Part shown: positions 10,398 through 21,190 of the stretch, piece after piece | Layout of the letters: each line of letters opens with the position of its first letter | Numbering within the stretch: the first letter of the stretch is position 1 | Origin: Kiritimatiellia bacterium | Lineage (GTDB): Bacteria > Verrucomicrobiota > Kiritimatiellia > RFP12 > UBA3636 | Direction of reading: 5' to 3' | Length of the DNA stretch: 64,000 bases | Assembly (NCBI GenBank): GCA_045589455.1 | Contig: JAZNPC010000010.1 | Span: forward strand, 149 to 64,148 | Translations under genes and position numbers: made by a program | Notes under the pieces: generated by a model | Told to the model about the DNA's origin: nothing | What the model saw: the letters and a program-made list of their open reading frames with translations, nothing else | The model's database searches: none

Positions 10398-10906
10398 GCT
10401 AAGTGCGTATAATAAGTAATTAACGTTATGCTTCTACCTTATGCTTAATATGCGGGCATTCGTGGAGCATACGTTGATTTGCGTGAACTTTTTCGGAGTG
10501 TTGGGGATTCAGCCCCAAACACTCCGTATTGCTTTATATACACCTACATACGCTATTGTGTCACCAGCACCACAATATAATCCACACAGGGCATTGCATT
10601 CTCTTAACACAGAGATGGTTGTAATTGCATTTGTGTAATTAAGTTATCCGTGTAAGTCATTCGTGTATGCACATTAGTGCAGTAAAACAGGATTAACAGG
10701 ATTGCTTGCGTTATAGCTTGAAGTGCGAGATTTTGTAATGTTTGGGGTTAGTCAGTGCTATCGCTTCAGGACTGAGCTATTCCGCTATATATTCCCTTAG
10801 TCTTTTAGAAAAATCGGTTGACTGCGGGGTGAGGGTATGGTAGAATCAAATGTGTTTTTTGCTAGTGTAAAGCAAAATGCTAATTTTTTCTAAAAAAGGA
10901 TTATAT

Positions 10907-12232
10907 ATGAAAACAAAGCTTGTAAAATTTATGTTTCTAATTAGTTGTTGTTGTCTAATGCCTACTCTATATGCAGCATGGACCCAGGATGGCTCCACTG
11001 CAACGGATGGAAATTGGATTTTAAGAATTGATACTAGTGATGGTGTTGTTAAAATTTTAGGGCCAAATGCTGGCTCAGGTGTTCTTGATATATCAACTAT
11101 CGCGAATGACTTGGGTTGCACTGGCGTGATTGTTGGAAATGAAGCTTTTATTGATAATAAAAATGTTACTGGATTGGTTCTCCCAGAAGACCTCATAGAG
11201 CTTTGTGATGGTGCATTTGAACGTTGCACAAATTTAGCTGGCGAGATCAGTACTACAGCAGCCTTCAAAATGTCTGGATATAATGCGTTTGATCGAACAG
11301 CAATTACCTCAGCTATCTTCCCGAATATGACAGGCTCTGTTGGTGCATGGGCATTTTATGAGTGTAAGCAACTAAAAACCGTTGTTCTTGGAGATGGGAT
11401 AACTTCTTTTGGAGAAAAAGCATTTTTCAGTTGTTCTGCACTTGAGTCTGTTTTGCCTAATACTTTGCAAAATGTTACTTTTATTGCTAACGAAGTATTC
11501 AAATATTGTTATGCATTAAAAAGTAGTATGTTTCTACCTAATGTTCGAGAAGTTAAATCTTTAGCATTTGAGGGTGTTGCTTGTGAAGAGATTTCTATGC
11601 CTTCTTGTACAAATATGGTGGGTGGTTGCTTTTATGGATCAAAGATTAAGAAAATTACTCATTCTCCTGATGTGCAGCTTAATGGAGATGTGTTCATTGG
11701 TTGTACTGAGTTAGAGGAGCTAGTTCCTGGAAAATTTAGGAATTTAAGTGTTATTCTAGATGGTACCTTTAAAAATTGCAATTCGCTAAAGAGTTTAGAT
11801 TTTACTGGTTGTACATTTACTTCTGTAAATATTAATTCAGCGCAGTATATGTATGAGATGAAGTATCTTGTGTTGCCAGAAACACTTACAGATATGGGAA
11901 ATTGGTCATTTGAGCGTATAAAGAATAGCGATGTTCTTTTCCGTGGCCCTAAACCAACAATTGGTGGCGGTAATGTTTTTGCTCATAATGGGAATAACCA
12001 AAAATTACGTAATAATATAATTTCTCTTGAAGAACATATTGCTTCATGGACAAATGCTAATTCTGGAGTAACTTTTACACCTCTAGCAAATGTCAGTGAT
12101 AATCAGAAGACAGATGACTATAAATATCCAACTACTAATATAGGGCGAGTTATTGGAACGGTTAACTTTGGTGCATCAACTCATTGGTTGTCTATTTTCA
12201 ATGAAATAGGCACAATTATATTTATAAGATAA
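10907..12232 (+). CDS. BspA-type leucine-rich-repeat surface protein, the smaller paralogue
   Basis: The ORF runs 10877..12232. The ATG at 10907 follows an AAGGA RBS and encodes a signal peptide (MKTKLVKFMFLISCCCLMPTLYA). It carries the same Cys-containing LRR_5-like repeats (GNEAFIDNKNVTGLVLPEDLIELCDGAFERCTNL…). Confidence 0.8.
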   Translation: MKTKLVKFMFLISCCCLMPTLYAAWTQDGSTATDGNWILRIDTSDGVVKILGPNAGSGVLDISTIANDLGCTGVIVGNEAFIDNKNVTGLVLPEDLIELCDGAFERCTNLAGEISTTAAFKMSGYNAFDRTAITSAIFPNMTGSVGAWAFYECKQLKTVVLGDGITSFGEKAFFSCSALESVLPNTLQNVTFIANEVFKYCYALKSSMFLPNVREVKSLAFEGVACEEISMPSCTNMVGGCFYGSKIKKITHSPDVQLNGDVFIGCTELEELVPGKFRNLSVILDGTFKNCNSLKSLDFTGCTFTSVNINSAQYMYEMKYLVLPETLTDMGNWSFERIKNSDVLFRGPKPTIGGGNVFAHNGNNQKLRNNIISLEEHIASWTNANSGVTFTPLANVSDNQKTDDYKYPTTNIGRVIGTVNFGASTHWLSIFNEIGTIIFIR

Positions 12233-12242
12233 TAATAAAAAA

Positions 12243-12288
12243 AAGGGGCTGTTGCAAAACTCAAAAGATTTGCAACAGCCCCTTTTTT
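12243..12288. terminator. Bidirectional rho-independent terminator between convergent genes, with stem ggggctgttgcaaa…tttgcaacagcccc and A/T tracts on both sides
   Basis: A perfect 14-bp inverted repeat with a ~10 nt loop. It is flanked by aaaaaaa on the plus side and tttttt on the minus side. Confidence 0.8.
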
Positions 12289-14593
12289 AGTCAGAGAAAA
12301 TCGCATCGGTAAATTCATCGATGCGGTTTTCTATGTCGGTAACAAGTGACATAGATAGCAAATCATTTGCATATTCTTCACATTGTTTAATTGTGAAGCG
12401 TGAAATTAATTCGCGAGCGCGTGGAATTTGAATTGCCTCTATACTGAAGTAGCGTAGGCCAATACCAATAAAGAATGGTATGTAGCGAGGGTCTCGACCC
12501 ATCTCACCACAAACAGATACATGCACTCCCTTGTCCTTTGCAACATCTGCAATTCTCTTTAAGCTCTTTAAAATTGCTGGATGATGTGGAAGATAGTAGG
12601 ATGCCACACTGTCATTTGTGCGGTCAACACCTAGTGTATATTGAATTAAATCGTTTGTTCCAATTGAGAAGAAGTCTGATTCCTCTGCAATTGTTTCTAG
12701 AACTGCGAGAATTGCCGGAATCTCAACCATTGTGCCAATGTTTGGAATGATAAGCTCTTTATCTCCTAGCTCAGCCTGAATGCTGTCTGCGCAGTCCCAT
12801 AGACGTTCTTTAGCCGCAATCATTTCCTCTACAGAAGAAATCATAGGGAACATAATGGAAGCGTTTTTACATTCTGTATATTGAATAGCACGTAGGATTG
12901 CGCGTAGCTGCTGATCCATTATATTTGTATAGCGTAGGGTAAAGCGCATTGAGCGTAAGCCCATCGCTGGATTCTCTTCCTTTGTCTTGTAAAGATATGG
13001 AAGAACCTTGTCGCCACCCGCATCAAGTGTTCTAAATGTAATAGGTTTACCATCTGCCTCTTGGATTAGGCGAGTGTAAATGTTTATCTGCTCAGCCTCT
13101 GTAGGGAGAGATTGGCGCATAATAAATGGAAATTCTGTTCTATATAAGCCAATGCCGTCAAAGTTTGCTTTGCGAGCATTCTGCACATCAGCAATTAGGT
13201 TGATGTTTGCCATTAGCATAATGCGTTCACCATCTAGGGTTACGGTTTCATTTGCATTGGCTAATTTATTTGTTGAAGCATTTAATTCATCAAGCTTTTG
13301 AGCCTGACTGCGGAGCTCAAAGTTGTAGCGACGCTCCTCGCTCGGGTTTACGTAAAGATAATCATTTGCACAATCAATAATTATTTGCTGACCCTTAGGA
13401 ATTCGGAGAAGGTCTAGCTCTTTAACAATGATTGTTGGAATGTCTAGTGAGCGAACAAGCAATGAAACATGTGCTGTAGCACCACCAGCGATTAAAGCAA
13501 TACCCTTAACATTGCCCTGAGCAATGCGTAGAATATCTGATGGAAGTAGCTTGTCGGCAATGATTATGTGTGGGCGAGTTAAAATACTATACTCTGGAGT
13601 TTCTTCAGAAACAGCTTCTAGAACTTGAAGAGTTAAATCCTCAACATCACGTGCCTTCTCCTGCATATACTCGTCATCACTTGACTCAAATAGCTTAATA
13701 AATTCGTTTCCTACCTCAACAATAGCTTGTGGGATAGAGTAGCCCTTTTCTGCAACAAGTGCCTTGATTTTCCCAAGGAAATTATCGTCGCGCATAATCA
13801 TTGCGCTAGATTCAAAAATCAAGGATGCTGCCTCTGGAAGGCGCTCATTTAGTGCTTCTGTGGATTCCTTAAGCTTTTTCTCAACAAGCTCAATTGCTTC
13901 ATCTATAGAGCGAACAGTTTCTGTTGGAAGCTGATTAGGATTTAAACGAGAATATTTTCGTGCAAATATGTGCGCCACGCCAATGCCCCAACCATGGGAT
14001 ACTGATGAACCACGATAGGATAGCTCCCCAGTAATCTCTAGAGGGCGCATACCACGCTCAATATCGCGCTTTGCAGATTCAATAGAAATCAATGCACTTG
14101 CATTCTGAATTGCGGAAACAACGTCGTTTGCATTCTCGCGGATGGAGCTAATTTCTTCTGCTAGGAATGGCTCACCAGTAGGACGAAGCAAAAGTATTGC
14201 ACCTACACGCTCCTTTCCCTGCAATAGAGGCACTGCTAGGTAGGTCTGGGTGTCATCATCTGGGAAATTGTGATGGCGAATATAGCCACGCATTGAAGAG
14301 GCACTTTCGGTATAGATTGTGCGACGTTCAGCAAGTGCTCTACCAATTAACCCCTCGCCAATCTTCAAAATGATTCGTGCTTTAGGGAACATTGGGAAGC
14401 CACATGCTGCCTTTTGCGTAAATTCACGGGTTACATTATCGTAGATAAAGATTGAGCCCTTAACAGCGCTATAGGTGTTTACAAAGTACTCTAACACATT
14501 TTGCAAAAATGCCTGAGTGCCATTGCTCTGGGAAATAATTTCCTTGAGCAATGGTTGGGCATTCTTTTGTTTTGTTAAAGTAAAATCAAACAT
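12287..14593 (-). CDS. ptsP: GAF-domain phosphoenolpyruvate-protein phosphotransferase (enzyme I-Ntr type)
   Basis: 768 aa with an N-terminal GAF-like region. Enzyme I signatures are present: GGATAHVSLLVRSLDIPTIIV (phospho-His region), LYRTEFPFIM, and CGEMGRDP. Confidence 0.85.
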   Translation of the reverse strand: MFDFTLTKQKNAQPLLKEIISQSNGTQAFLQNVLEYFVNTYSAVKGSIFIYDNVTREFTQKAACGFPMFPKARIILKIGEGLIGRALAERRTIYTESASSMRGYIRHHNFPDDDTQTYLAVPLLQGKERVGAILLLRPTGEPFLAEEISSIRENANDVVSAIQNASALISIESAKRDIERGMRPLEITGELSYRGSSVSHGWGIGVAHIFARKYSRLNPNQLPTETVRSIDEAIELVEKKLKESTEALNERLPEAASLIFESSAMIMRDDNFLGKIKALVAEKGYSIPQAIVEVGNEFIKLFESSDDEYMQEKARDVEDLTLQVLEAVSEETPEYSILTRPHIIIADKLLPSDILRIAQGNVKGIALIAGGATAHVSLLVRSLDIPTIIVKELDLLRIPKGQQIIIDCANDYLYVNPSEERRYNFELRSQAQKLDELNASTNKLANANETVTLDGERIMLMANINLIADVQNARKANFDGIGLYRTEFPFIMRQSLPTEAEQINIYTRLIQEADGKPITFRTLDAGGDKVLPYLYKTKEENPAMGLRSMRFTLRYTNIMDQQLRAILRAIQYTECKNASIMFPMISSVEEMIAAKERLWDCADSIQAELGDKELIIPNIGTMVEIPAILAVLETIAEESDFFSIGTNDLIQYTLGVDRTNDSVASYYLPHHPAILKSLKRIADVAKDKGVHVSVCGEMGRDPRYIPFFIGIGLRYFSIEAIQIPRARELISRFTIKQCEEYANDLLSMSLVTDIENRIDEFTDAIFSD

Positions 14594-14633
14594 CTTTACA
14601 ATTTAAACGATATAACGACTATAAAATAATTAA

Positions 14634-15620
14634 TTATTTCTCAGATACAACAACCTCTTTGATGTTGTAAATTGGCTTGTTCTGTGATTCGTGGTATGTA
14701 CGAGTTGTTAACTCTGCAAGCAAACCAAGAACGATAAATTGTAAGCAGAAGCCTAGGAACATCAAAGGAGTGATAATCCAGAATGGGCGCTTTACCAAAA
14801 TTGCTCCACCAAACCAAGGAGCCTTAAATAGACCACAAGCTCCTCCTAGTGCTTCTACGCCAACAACACCAAGAAGAATCATTGCAAAAGCACCAAAGTA
14901 TAGACCAATTTTGCCGAATACTTGGATAGGACGTGTGCTATAGCTTAGTAAGAACTTAACGGTTAGAAGGTCTAGTACAACGCGAAGTGTGCGAGAAATT
15001 CCATATTTAGTTTTACCAAATTGGCGAGCATGGTGCTTAACTGGCATTTCTGTTACCTTGCCACCAACCCAGCTTGCATGAGCTGGAATAAAGCGGTGCA
15101 TCTCACCATAAAGATTTACTTGGCTAATAATCTCGCGGCGATAAGCCTTAAGAGAGCAGCCATTATCATGAATCTTTACGCCTGTCATTTTAGCGATTAG
15201 GCGATTTGCTATCATTGATGGTAGCTTGCGGTTTACAAAGGTGTCCTTGCGATATTTGCGCCAGCCACAAACAACATCATATCCTTCATCAAGCTTATCA
15301 AGCATAGCAGGAATATCTTCTGGATCATTTTGTAGGTCAGCATCAAGAGTAATTACTATTTCACCAGATGATTCCTTAATGCCTGCGCTCATAGCAGCTG
15401 TCTGACCAAAGTTTTTGCGGAACTTGATAAGCTTTAGGCATGGATACTTCTTTGCTTGCTCTAGTAATACATTCCAAGAGGAGTCTGTACTGCCATCGTC
15501 AACAAGAACAATCTCATAGGTCTTATTGAGCTTTGACAAAACATTGTGCAATTTTTCACAAAGAAATGGGATGCTTTCCTCTTCGTTATGAATTGGTGCT
15601 GTTACGCTAATGTCAATCAT
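14634..15620 (-). CDS. Family 2 glycosyltransferase, of the polyprenyl-phosphate sugar transferase type with C-terminal TM helices
   Basis: Carries the VLVDDGSTD and DADLQNDPEDIP motifs typical of GT2 (DPM1, ArnC or GtrB-like), plus a hydrophobic C-terminal region. Confidence 0.85.
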   Translation of the reverse strand: MIDISVTAPIHNEEESIPFLCEKLHNVLSKLNKTYEIVLVDDGSTDSSWNVLLEQAKKYPCLKLIKFRKNFGQTAAMSAGIKESSGEIVITLDADLQNDPEDIPAMLDKLDEGYDVVCGWRKYRKDTFVNRKLPSMIANRLIAKMTGVKIHDNGCSLKAYRREIISQVNLYGEMHRFIPAHASWVGGKVTEMPVKHHARQFGKTKYGISRTLRVVLDLLTVKFLLSYSTRPIQVFGKIGLYFGAFAMILLGVVGVEALGGACGLFKAPWFGGAILVKRPFWIITPLMFLGFCLQFIVLGLLAELTTRTYHESQNKPIYNIKEVVVSEK

Positions 15621-15666
15621 ATATTCCTCCTCTTGGAGTATTATAGGTGGTAGATATTAAATAAGC

Positions 15667-17277
15667 TTACTTGTTTGCTTTACGATAGCGCTCGATTAGA
15701 GCGTTTGTAGAAGAATCATGTGCAAGTGGTGAATCAGAAGCTAGCTCAGGAGCAATCTTTGCTGCGAGTAGCTTACCTAGCTGTACACCCCACTGATCAA
15801 ATGAGTAGATGTTCCATAGAACGCCTTGTGTGAATACCTTGTGCTCGTATAGAGCAACAAGAGCACCAAAGGTCTCAGGAGTTAGCTCGTCTGCTAGAAT
15901 TGTTGAAGTAGGGCGATTGCCATCAAATACCTTGTGAGGAACTAGCTCCTCGCTTGCACCCTCTGCGCGAACCTCGTCAGCTGTCTTACCAAAAGCAAGA
16001 GCCTCTGTCTGAGCGAAGAAGTTTGCCATTAGGTTGTCGTGGTGAGGAGGAATTGCATTGTGAGAGCGGCAGAAGCCGATGAAATCAGCAGGAATTAGCT
16101 TTGTGCCCTGGTGAATTAGCTGATAGAAAGCATGCTGTCCATTTGTACCTGGCTCACCCCAGATGATTGGACCAGTCTGGTAGCTTACGCGGTTGCCCTG
16201 CTTATCAACATACTTACCATTGCTCTCCATATCTAGCTGCTGCAAATATGCTGGGAAGCGGGCTAGGTATTGATCGTATGGAAGAACAGCGTGGCTCTGT
16301 GCATTGTGGATGTTATTGTAAACAATGCCGATTAGAGCCATGATTACAGGTAGATTCTGCTCATATGGAGCCTCAGCAAAGTGCTTGTCCATTGCATGGT
16401 AGCCATCTAGCATGCGATAGAAGTTTTCTGGACCAATTGAAAGCATTAGTGGTAGGCCAATTGCAGAAGGAAGAGAGTAGCGACCGCCAACCCAGTTCCA
16501 GAAGCCAAACATATTAGCTGTATCGATACCAAACTTTGATACCTCTTCTGCATTTGTGGAAACAGCAACAAAGTGCTTTGCAACTGCTTCGTCTGCCTTT
16601 AAAGCGTCTAGTAGCCATGCGCGTGCTGTATGAGCATTTGTCATTGTCTCAAGAGTTGTAAAGGTCTTAGATGCAACGATGAATAGAGTTTCCTCTGGAT
16701 CCTTGCCATAAACTGCCTCAGCGAAGTGTGTTGCATCAATGTTTGATACAAACTCAAATACTAGGTCGCGCTGAGCATATGGCTTTAGTGCCATAGTTGC
16801 CATTGCTGGGCCAAGATCAGAGCCACCGATACCGATATTGATGATGTTCTTAATCTTCTTGCCTGTGTAGCCCTTCCACTCACCAGAGCGAACGCGGTCA
16901 GCAAAGCCAGCCATCTTCTCTAGAACCTCATTTACGTCTGGCATTACATCCTTACCATCAACATAAATAGGTGTGTTGGAGCGATTACGTAAAGCGATGT
17001 GTAGTACTGGGCGACCCTCTGTTACGTTGATTTTCTCGCCGGAGTACATTGCCTTGATAGCCTCATCAAGCTTGCATGTGCGAGCCATAGCAAATAGCTC
17101 CTGCATCATCTTGCGAGAAACAAGGTTCTTTGAATAGTCAAGTGTTAGGCCTGCGCCTTCAACTGTCATGTCCTGTGCGCGTGCAGCATCCTCAGCAAAT
17201 AGCTGACGTAGGGTAGTAGACTTTAGCTGCTCAGCCTCTGCGCATACATTCTTCCACTCTGGTAAATCCTGAAACAT
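15667..17277 (-). CDS. pgi: Glucose-6-phosphate isomerase
   Basis: 536 aa with classical PGI sequence throughout ([39 protein letters not shown]). Confidence 0.95.
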   Translation of the reverse strand: MFQDLPEWKNVCAEAEQLKSTTLRQLFAEDAARAQDMTVEGAGLTLDYSKNLVSRKMMQELFAMARTCKLDEAIKAMYSGEKINVTEGRPVLHIALRNRSNTPIYVDGKDVMPDVNEVLEKMAGFADRVRSGEWKGYTGKKIKNIINIGIGGSDLGPAMATMALKPYAQRDLVFEFVSNIDATHFAEAVYGKDPEETLFIVASKTFTTLETMTNAHTARAWLLDALKADEAVAKHFVAVSTNAEEVSKFGIDTANMFGFWNWVGGRYSLPSAIGLPLMLSIGPENFYRMLDGYHAMDKHFAEAPYEQNLPVIMALIGIVYNNIHNAQSHAVLPYDQYLARFPAYLQQLDMESNGKYVDKQGNRVSYQTGPIIWGEPGTNGQHAFYQLIHQGTKLIPADFIGFCRSHNAIPPHHDNLMANFFAQTEALAFGKTADEVRAEGASEELVPHKVFDGNRPTSTILADELTPETFGALVALYEHKVFTQGVLWNIYSFDQWGVQLGKLLAAKIAPELASDSPLAHDSSTNALIERYRKANK

Positions 17278-17491
17278 GGTTTATAACCTTTCTATATCCT
17301 TATAATATATTACTCCGAATATGTTTTGGGGGCTATATATCTAGATTTGTGTAATTTAAATATTATTGTTTTTGTTTGTTTCTTTAAAATCGAAAAAAGG
17401 ACGCGTATTAAACCATTTTTCTGCCAAAAAAGCAAGATTAAACGAGTGTTTAAATTGAAAAGTTGGCAGAAAAATGATTTTTGCCTGTTTT

Positions 17492-18721
17492 TTAGGCTTC
17501 CATTGCGTCTGCAAGAGCTTGACCGAACTCACTGCACTTTAGCTCTGTAGCGCCATCCATTAGACGAGCAAAGTCATAGGTTACCTTCTTCTCAGAAATT
17601 ACCTTATCCATTGCCTTAATGATTAAATCAGCAGCCTCTGTCCAGCCCATATAGCGAAGCATCATCTCACCAGATAGGATTAGAGAGCCAGGATTTACCT
17701 TGTCTAGGTTTGCGTACTTTGGAGCAGTACCATGAGTTGCCTCAAATACAGCAGTACCTGTTGTGTAGTTGATGTTACCACCAGGAGCAATACCAATACC
17801 ACCTACGCATGCAGCAAGAGCATCAGATGCATAGTCACCATTTAGATTTAGAGTTGCGATCACGCTATACTCTGCAGGGCGAGTAAGAATCTGCTGCAAG
17901 AATGCATCGCAGATGCAATCCTTGATAACAATCTCTTTACCTGTCTTAGGATTCTTGAAGCTGCACCATGGACCATCACCGATTATCTCTGCACCAAACT
18001 CCTCACGAGCTAAAGCATAACCCCAATCACGGAAGCCACCCTCAGTGAACTTCATGATGTTGCCCTTGTGAACTAGAGTAACATTTGGTCTATCGTTCTC
18101 AATAGCGTAGTTGATAGCTGCGCGGATTAGACGCTCTGAGCCTTCCTTAGAAACTGGCTTAATACCAATAGAAGAAGTCTCTGGGAAGCGAATCTTCTTT
18201 ACGCCCATCTCGTTCTGTAGGAAATCGATTACCTTTTGTGCATTCTCTGTGCCCTGCATCCACTCAATACCAGCATAGATATCCTCTGTGTTTTCACGGA
18301 AGATAACCATGTCTGTTAGCTCTGGGTGCTTAACAGGAGAAGGAACACCTTGGAACCAGCGTACAGGACGCAAGCATACATACAAATCAAGCTCCTGTCG
18401 TAGAGCAACATTTAGAGAGCGGATACCGCCACCAACAGGAGTAGTTAGAGGACCCTTGATGCCAACTAGATACTTGCGAAATGCTTCAAGTGTCTCAGGT
18501 GGTAGCCAAATATCCTTGCCAGCTAGCTTGTTTGCTTTCTCGCCAGCATAAACCTCTAGCCAATCAATTTTACGCTTGCCGCCATATGCCTTCTCAACAG
18601 CTGCATTCCATACAACCATTGCTGCACGTGTGATGTCTGGACCAGTTCCGTCACCCTCAATAAATGGGATTGTTGGATTATCTGGTACATTTAATTTGCC
18701 GTCACAAATTGTAATTTGCAT
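17492..18721 (-). CDS. icd: NADP-dependent isocitrate dehydrogenase
   Basis: The ORF extends to 18802. The likely start is the internal ATG at 18721 ([10 protein letters not shown]…), preceded by an AAGGG RBS. IDH/IMDH family motifs are present ([33 protein letters not shown]). Confidence 0.9.
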   Translation of the reverse strand: MQITICDGKLNVPDNPTIPFIEGDGTGPDITRAAMVVWNAAVEKAYGGKRKIDWLEVYAGEKANKLAGKDIWLPPETLEAFRKYLVGIKGPLTTPVGGGIRSLNVALRQELDLYVCLRPVRWFQGVPSPVKHPELTDMVIFRENTEDIYAGIEWMQGTENAQKVIDFLQNEMGVKKIRFPETSSIGIKPVSKEGSERLIRAAINYAIENDRPNVTLVHKGNIMKFTEGGFRDWGYALAREEFGAEIIGDGPWCSFKNPKTGKEIVIKDCICDAFLQQILTRPAEYSVIATLNLNGDYASDALAACVGGIGIAPGGNINYTTGTAVFEATHGTAPKYANLDKVNPGSLILSGEMMLRYMGWTEAADLIIKAMDKVISEKKVTYDFARLMDGATELKCSEFGQALADAMEA

Positions 18722-18802
18722 TATGAACCCTTTGTTTTTTACTTTATTTTTGTTGCTGCGATGCTTCGATGGAAGCATCGTAGCGTTATTAAAATTAATC
18801 AA

Positions 18803-20692
18803 TTATAGATCGTTTGCAACAACCTTATCGAACTCATCAGTGATTTCCTTGCTTGGTGCCTTTGTTAGCAAGCTAATAACAACAATTGTGATGAGTGATA
18901 GAACAAAGCCAGGAACGATTTCGTATAGCTTGAAGATAGTTACATCAGGGAAGTTAGCTGCGAATACAAACTTCCAAACAATCGCTGTTACTGCACCAAC
19001 AACCATACCGGCTGCAGCACCAAAAATGTTTGTGCGCTTCCAGAATAGAGCAAGTAGAATTACAGGACCAAATGCAGCACCAAAGCCAGCCCATGCAAAT
19101 GAAACAATATCCATAACTTTGCTTAGGAATGTATTTGGTGTGTTTGAGCTAATCTCTTCTTTACCTTCATTTTTTAGCCCTTCTAGAATTTCTTTAGAAA
19201 CATTGATACTGGAAGCATTAGAATCTCTATATTTTGTACCGTTCCCTAGAGCAACAAACTCAATCACGTATTCTTTGTTTTCTATATCGAAGCAAACAGT
19301 AGAAAGAGATAAATTATCTTGATTTTCCACTTTTATTATTTTTTCTTCAATTGTTTGACGAATTTGCTTGCCGTTTTGTTGAGCTAGTTCGAATGTAGAT
19401 ATTTTATATTCTTTTACAACATTAGGATCAACCATCCAGTTCAAGGAAATTGAATTGTCCTCCATAAATTTACCATTGACTTTAGGTGCTTCATGCTTAC
19501 GTAAATCTTGGACTGTCATTGCTGCAGCAACTACTGCGATAACAGCAACAGACAAGCGGCTAACAAGAACAAGCTCCTTGTTGCTTGCGCCCTTGTGAAT
19601 CCACTTCTTGTAGATATCATTTGAGAAAGCAGAAGCAGATACAAGTAGCTGAGAGTCTGCTGTACTCATGATAGCAGCCAAAATTGCTGACATCATTACA
19701 CCAACGATTGCTGGGTGGAATAGCTGCTTAATCATATGCATAAAGATGTTCTCTGCATCTTTAACCTCAACACCGTGCTGGCTAGCAAAGATGTGACCTA
19801 GAACACCAACTGCGATTGCTGCAACTAGAGAAATAACAACCCATGTCATAGCGATGCGACGAGATTCTGTAATCTGGCGTGGGCTCTTGATAGCCATAAA
19901 GCGAACAAGAATGTGTGGCATACCAAAATAGCCAAGTCCCCAACCGATGTTAGAAATAATATCTGTTAGGAAGGAAACAGATTTGCCATTTTCTGCATTA
20001 GTAAATAGGTTCAAGTAGTAAGGATTTGCTGTGTTTAGATTATCAACAGTTGAAGCCCAACCACCAGCCTGGTAGATAACAAGAGCAGGAACAACAACAA
20101 TTGCAAAGAACATTAGAGTTCCCTGAATTAGGTCTGTCCAACAAACAGCCATGAAGCCACCTAGTAGTGTGTAGGAAACAATCACAATTGCACCAATAAT
20201 TAGAGCAACCATTGGAGAAATTCCAAAGGTTGTTGTGAATAGCTTTGTGCAAGCAACGAATCCAGATACTGTGTAGAATAGGAAGAATGTAAGAATGATT
20301 AGCGCTGCAACACCGCGTAGAACGCCTGAATTATCGTGGAAACGATTTGAGAAGAACTCAGGAATTGTCACAGAGTCATTACATGCGTGGGAATATGTGC
20401 GTAGGCGCTTTGCAACTATTTTCCAGTTAAGGTATGTGCCGATAACTAGACCAACACCGATCCAGGAAGCGCTTAGACCAGAGGCGTAGACTGCACCAGG
20501 AAGACCCATTAAAAGCCAACCACTCATATCTGATGCCTGAGCAGATAGAGCAACTACCCACTTATTCATTTTGCGGTCACCTAGATAGTAATCTCCAAGT
20601 GTTGATGATTTTTTACTGAATAGGAAACCAATTCCTAGCATGATGATTAGATAAACGACGAATGCGCCAATAATGTAATATTGATATTGCAT
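18803..20692 (-). CDS. Sodium:solute symporter family transporter (PutP or OpuE-like) with a ~140-aa hydrophilic insertion
   Basis: 629 aa with an SSF-like N-terminus (MQYQYYIIGAFVVYLIIMLGIGF…GDRKMNKWVVALSAQASDMSGWLLMGLPG) and multiple TM helices. A long polar insertion (…RKHEAPKVNGKFMED…GLKNEGKEEISSNT…) precedes the last helices. The stop abuts the icd start, so the two are probably co-transcribed. Confidence 0.8.
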   Translation of the reverse strand: MQYQYYIIGAFVVYLIIMLGIGFLFSKKSSTLGDYYLGDRKMNKWVVALSAQASDMSGWLLMGLPGAVYASGLSASWIGVGLVIGTYLNWKIVAKRLRTYSHACNDSVTIPEFFSNRFHDNSGVLRGVAALIILTFFLFYTVSGFVACTKLFTTTFGISPMVALIIGAIVIVSYTLLGGFMAVCWTDLIQGTLMFFAIVVVPALVIYQAGGWASTVDNLNTANPYYLNLFTNAENGKSVSFLTDIISNIGWGLGYFGMPHILVRFMAIKSPRQITESRRIAMTWVVISLVAAIAVGVLGHIFASQHGVEVKDAENIFMHMIKQLFHPAIVGVMMSAILAAIMSTADSQLLVSASAFSNDIYKKWIHKGASNKELVLVSRLSVAVIAVVAAAMTVQDLRKHEAPKVNGKFMEDNSISLNWMVDPNVVKEYKISTFELAQQNGKQIRQTIEEKIIKVENQDNLSLSTVCFDIENKEYVIEFVALGNGTKYRDSNASSINVSKEILEGLKNEGKEEISSNTPNTFLSKVMDIVSFAWAGFGAAFGPVILLALFWKRTNIFGAAAGMVVGAVTAIVWKFVFAANFPDVTIFKLYEIVPGFVLSLITIVVISLLTKAPSKEITDEFDKVVANDL

Positions 20693-21067
20693 TTCTTTTC
20701 TTTTCTTTCCCTATAAGTTATAATTTTTTATTTATTAAAAAAATGTGCGATTGAAAATACTATACCATTTATTATAGGGGTTATGCAAGGATTTTAGAAG
20801 GAAGCCACATGCAAAGCTCGTAAATGCGGGGAATGAACTAGAATCATAGAAGTAGAACTAAAAGGAAAATAAAAGCGCCCATATGGAGCGCTAGTGCTCG
20901 CTCTGCGCATCTCTATCTTCGGGAGAATCTCTCGTACTTCTAGCCATCCCACCCTCCCAAACTCCCAATATTCTTCAGACGAGAGCCAGCGTAGGATTAG
21001 CCGCCACGTGCATCACATCAGTAGAATTAGTACCTAATTACTGAATTCAATACAGATAGGGTGAATA

Positions 21068-21095
21068 ACACAAATGCGCCAAAACACATTTGTGT
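21068..21095. promoter_or_regulatory. Perfect 9-bp inverted repeat (acacaaatg-N10-catttgtgt) upstream of the efflux operon, a candidate operator
   Basis: Read from the sequence. It lies about 15 bp upstream of a TTGACA hexamer at 21109-21114. Confidence 0.3.
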
Positions 21096-21108
21096 ACGAG
21101 TATTCTGA

Positions 21109-21138
21109 TTGACAAAAGTGCTTCACAAAGGTTAGAAT
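21109..21138 (+). promoter_or_regulatory. Candidate promoter of the HlyD-ABC operon, with TTGACA at 21109-21114 and a TAGAAT-like -10 about 18 bp downstream
   Basis: The hexamers were read from the sequence. Confidence 0.25.
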
Positions 21139-21190
21139 TATAGGAAAAATCCACATATAGGTGGCAATTAATAGTGATATCGGGGTAGAT

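Noticed and set aside
10441-10638. 65-aa ORF in the 480-bp intergenic region between the two BspA-like genes
   Set aside because: No RBS, no recognisable motif, and a low-complexity hydrophobic translation. It is probably non-coding UTR or promoter sequence.
17417-17475. 12-bp inverted repeat (ccatttttctgcc … ggcagaaaaatg) between icd and pgi, as a possible terminator or attenuator
   Set aside because: It has a 34-nt spacer and a weak T-tract on the relevant (minus) strand. It is not distinguishable from a chance AT-rich palindrome.
18576-19322. 248-aa plus-strand ORF overlapping icd and the SSF transporter
   Set aside because: It is antisense to two confidently assigned genes and spans their junction. 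No RBS. A shadow ORF.
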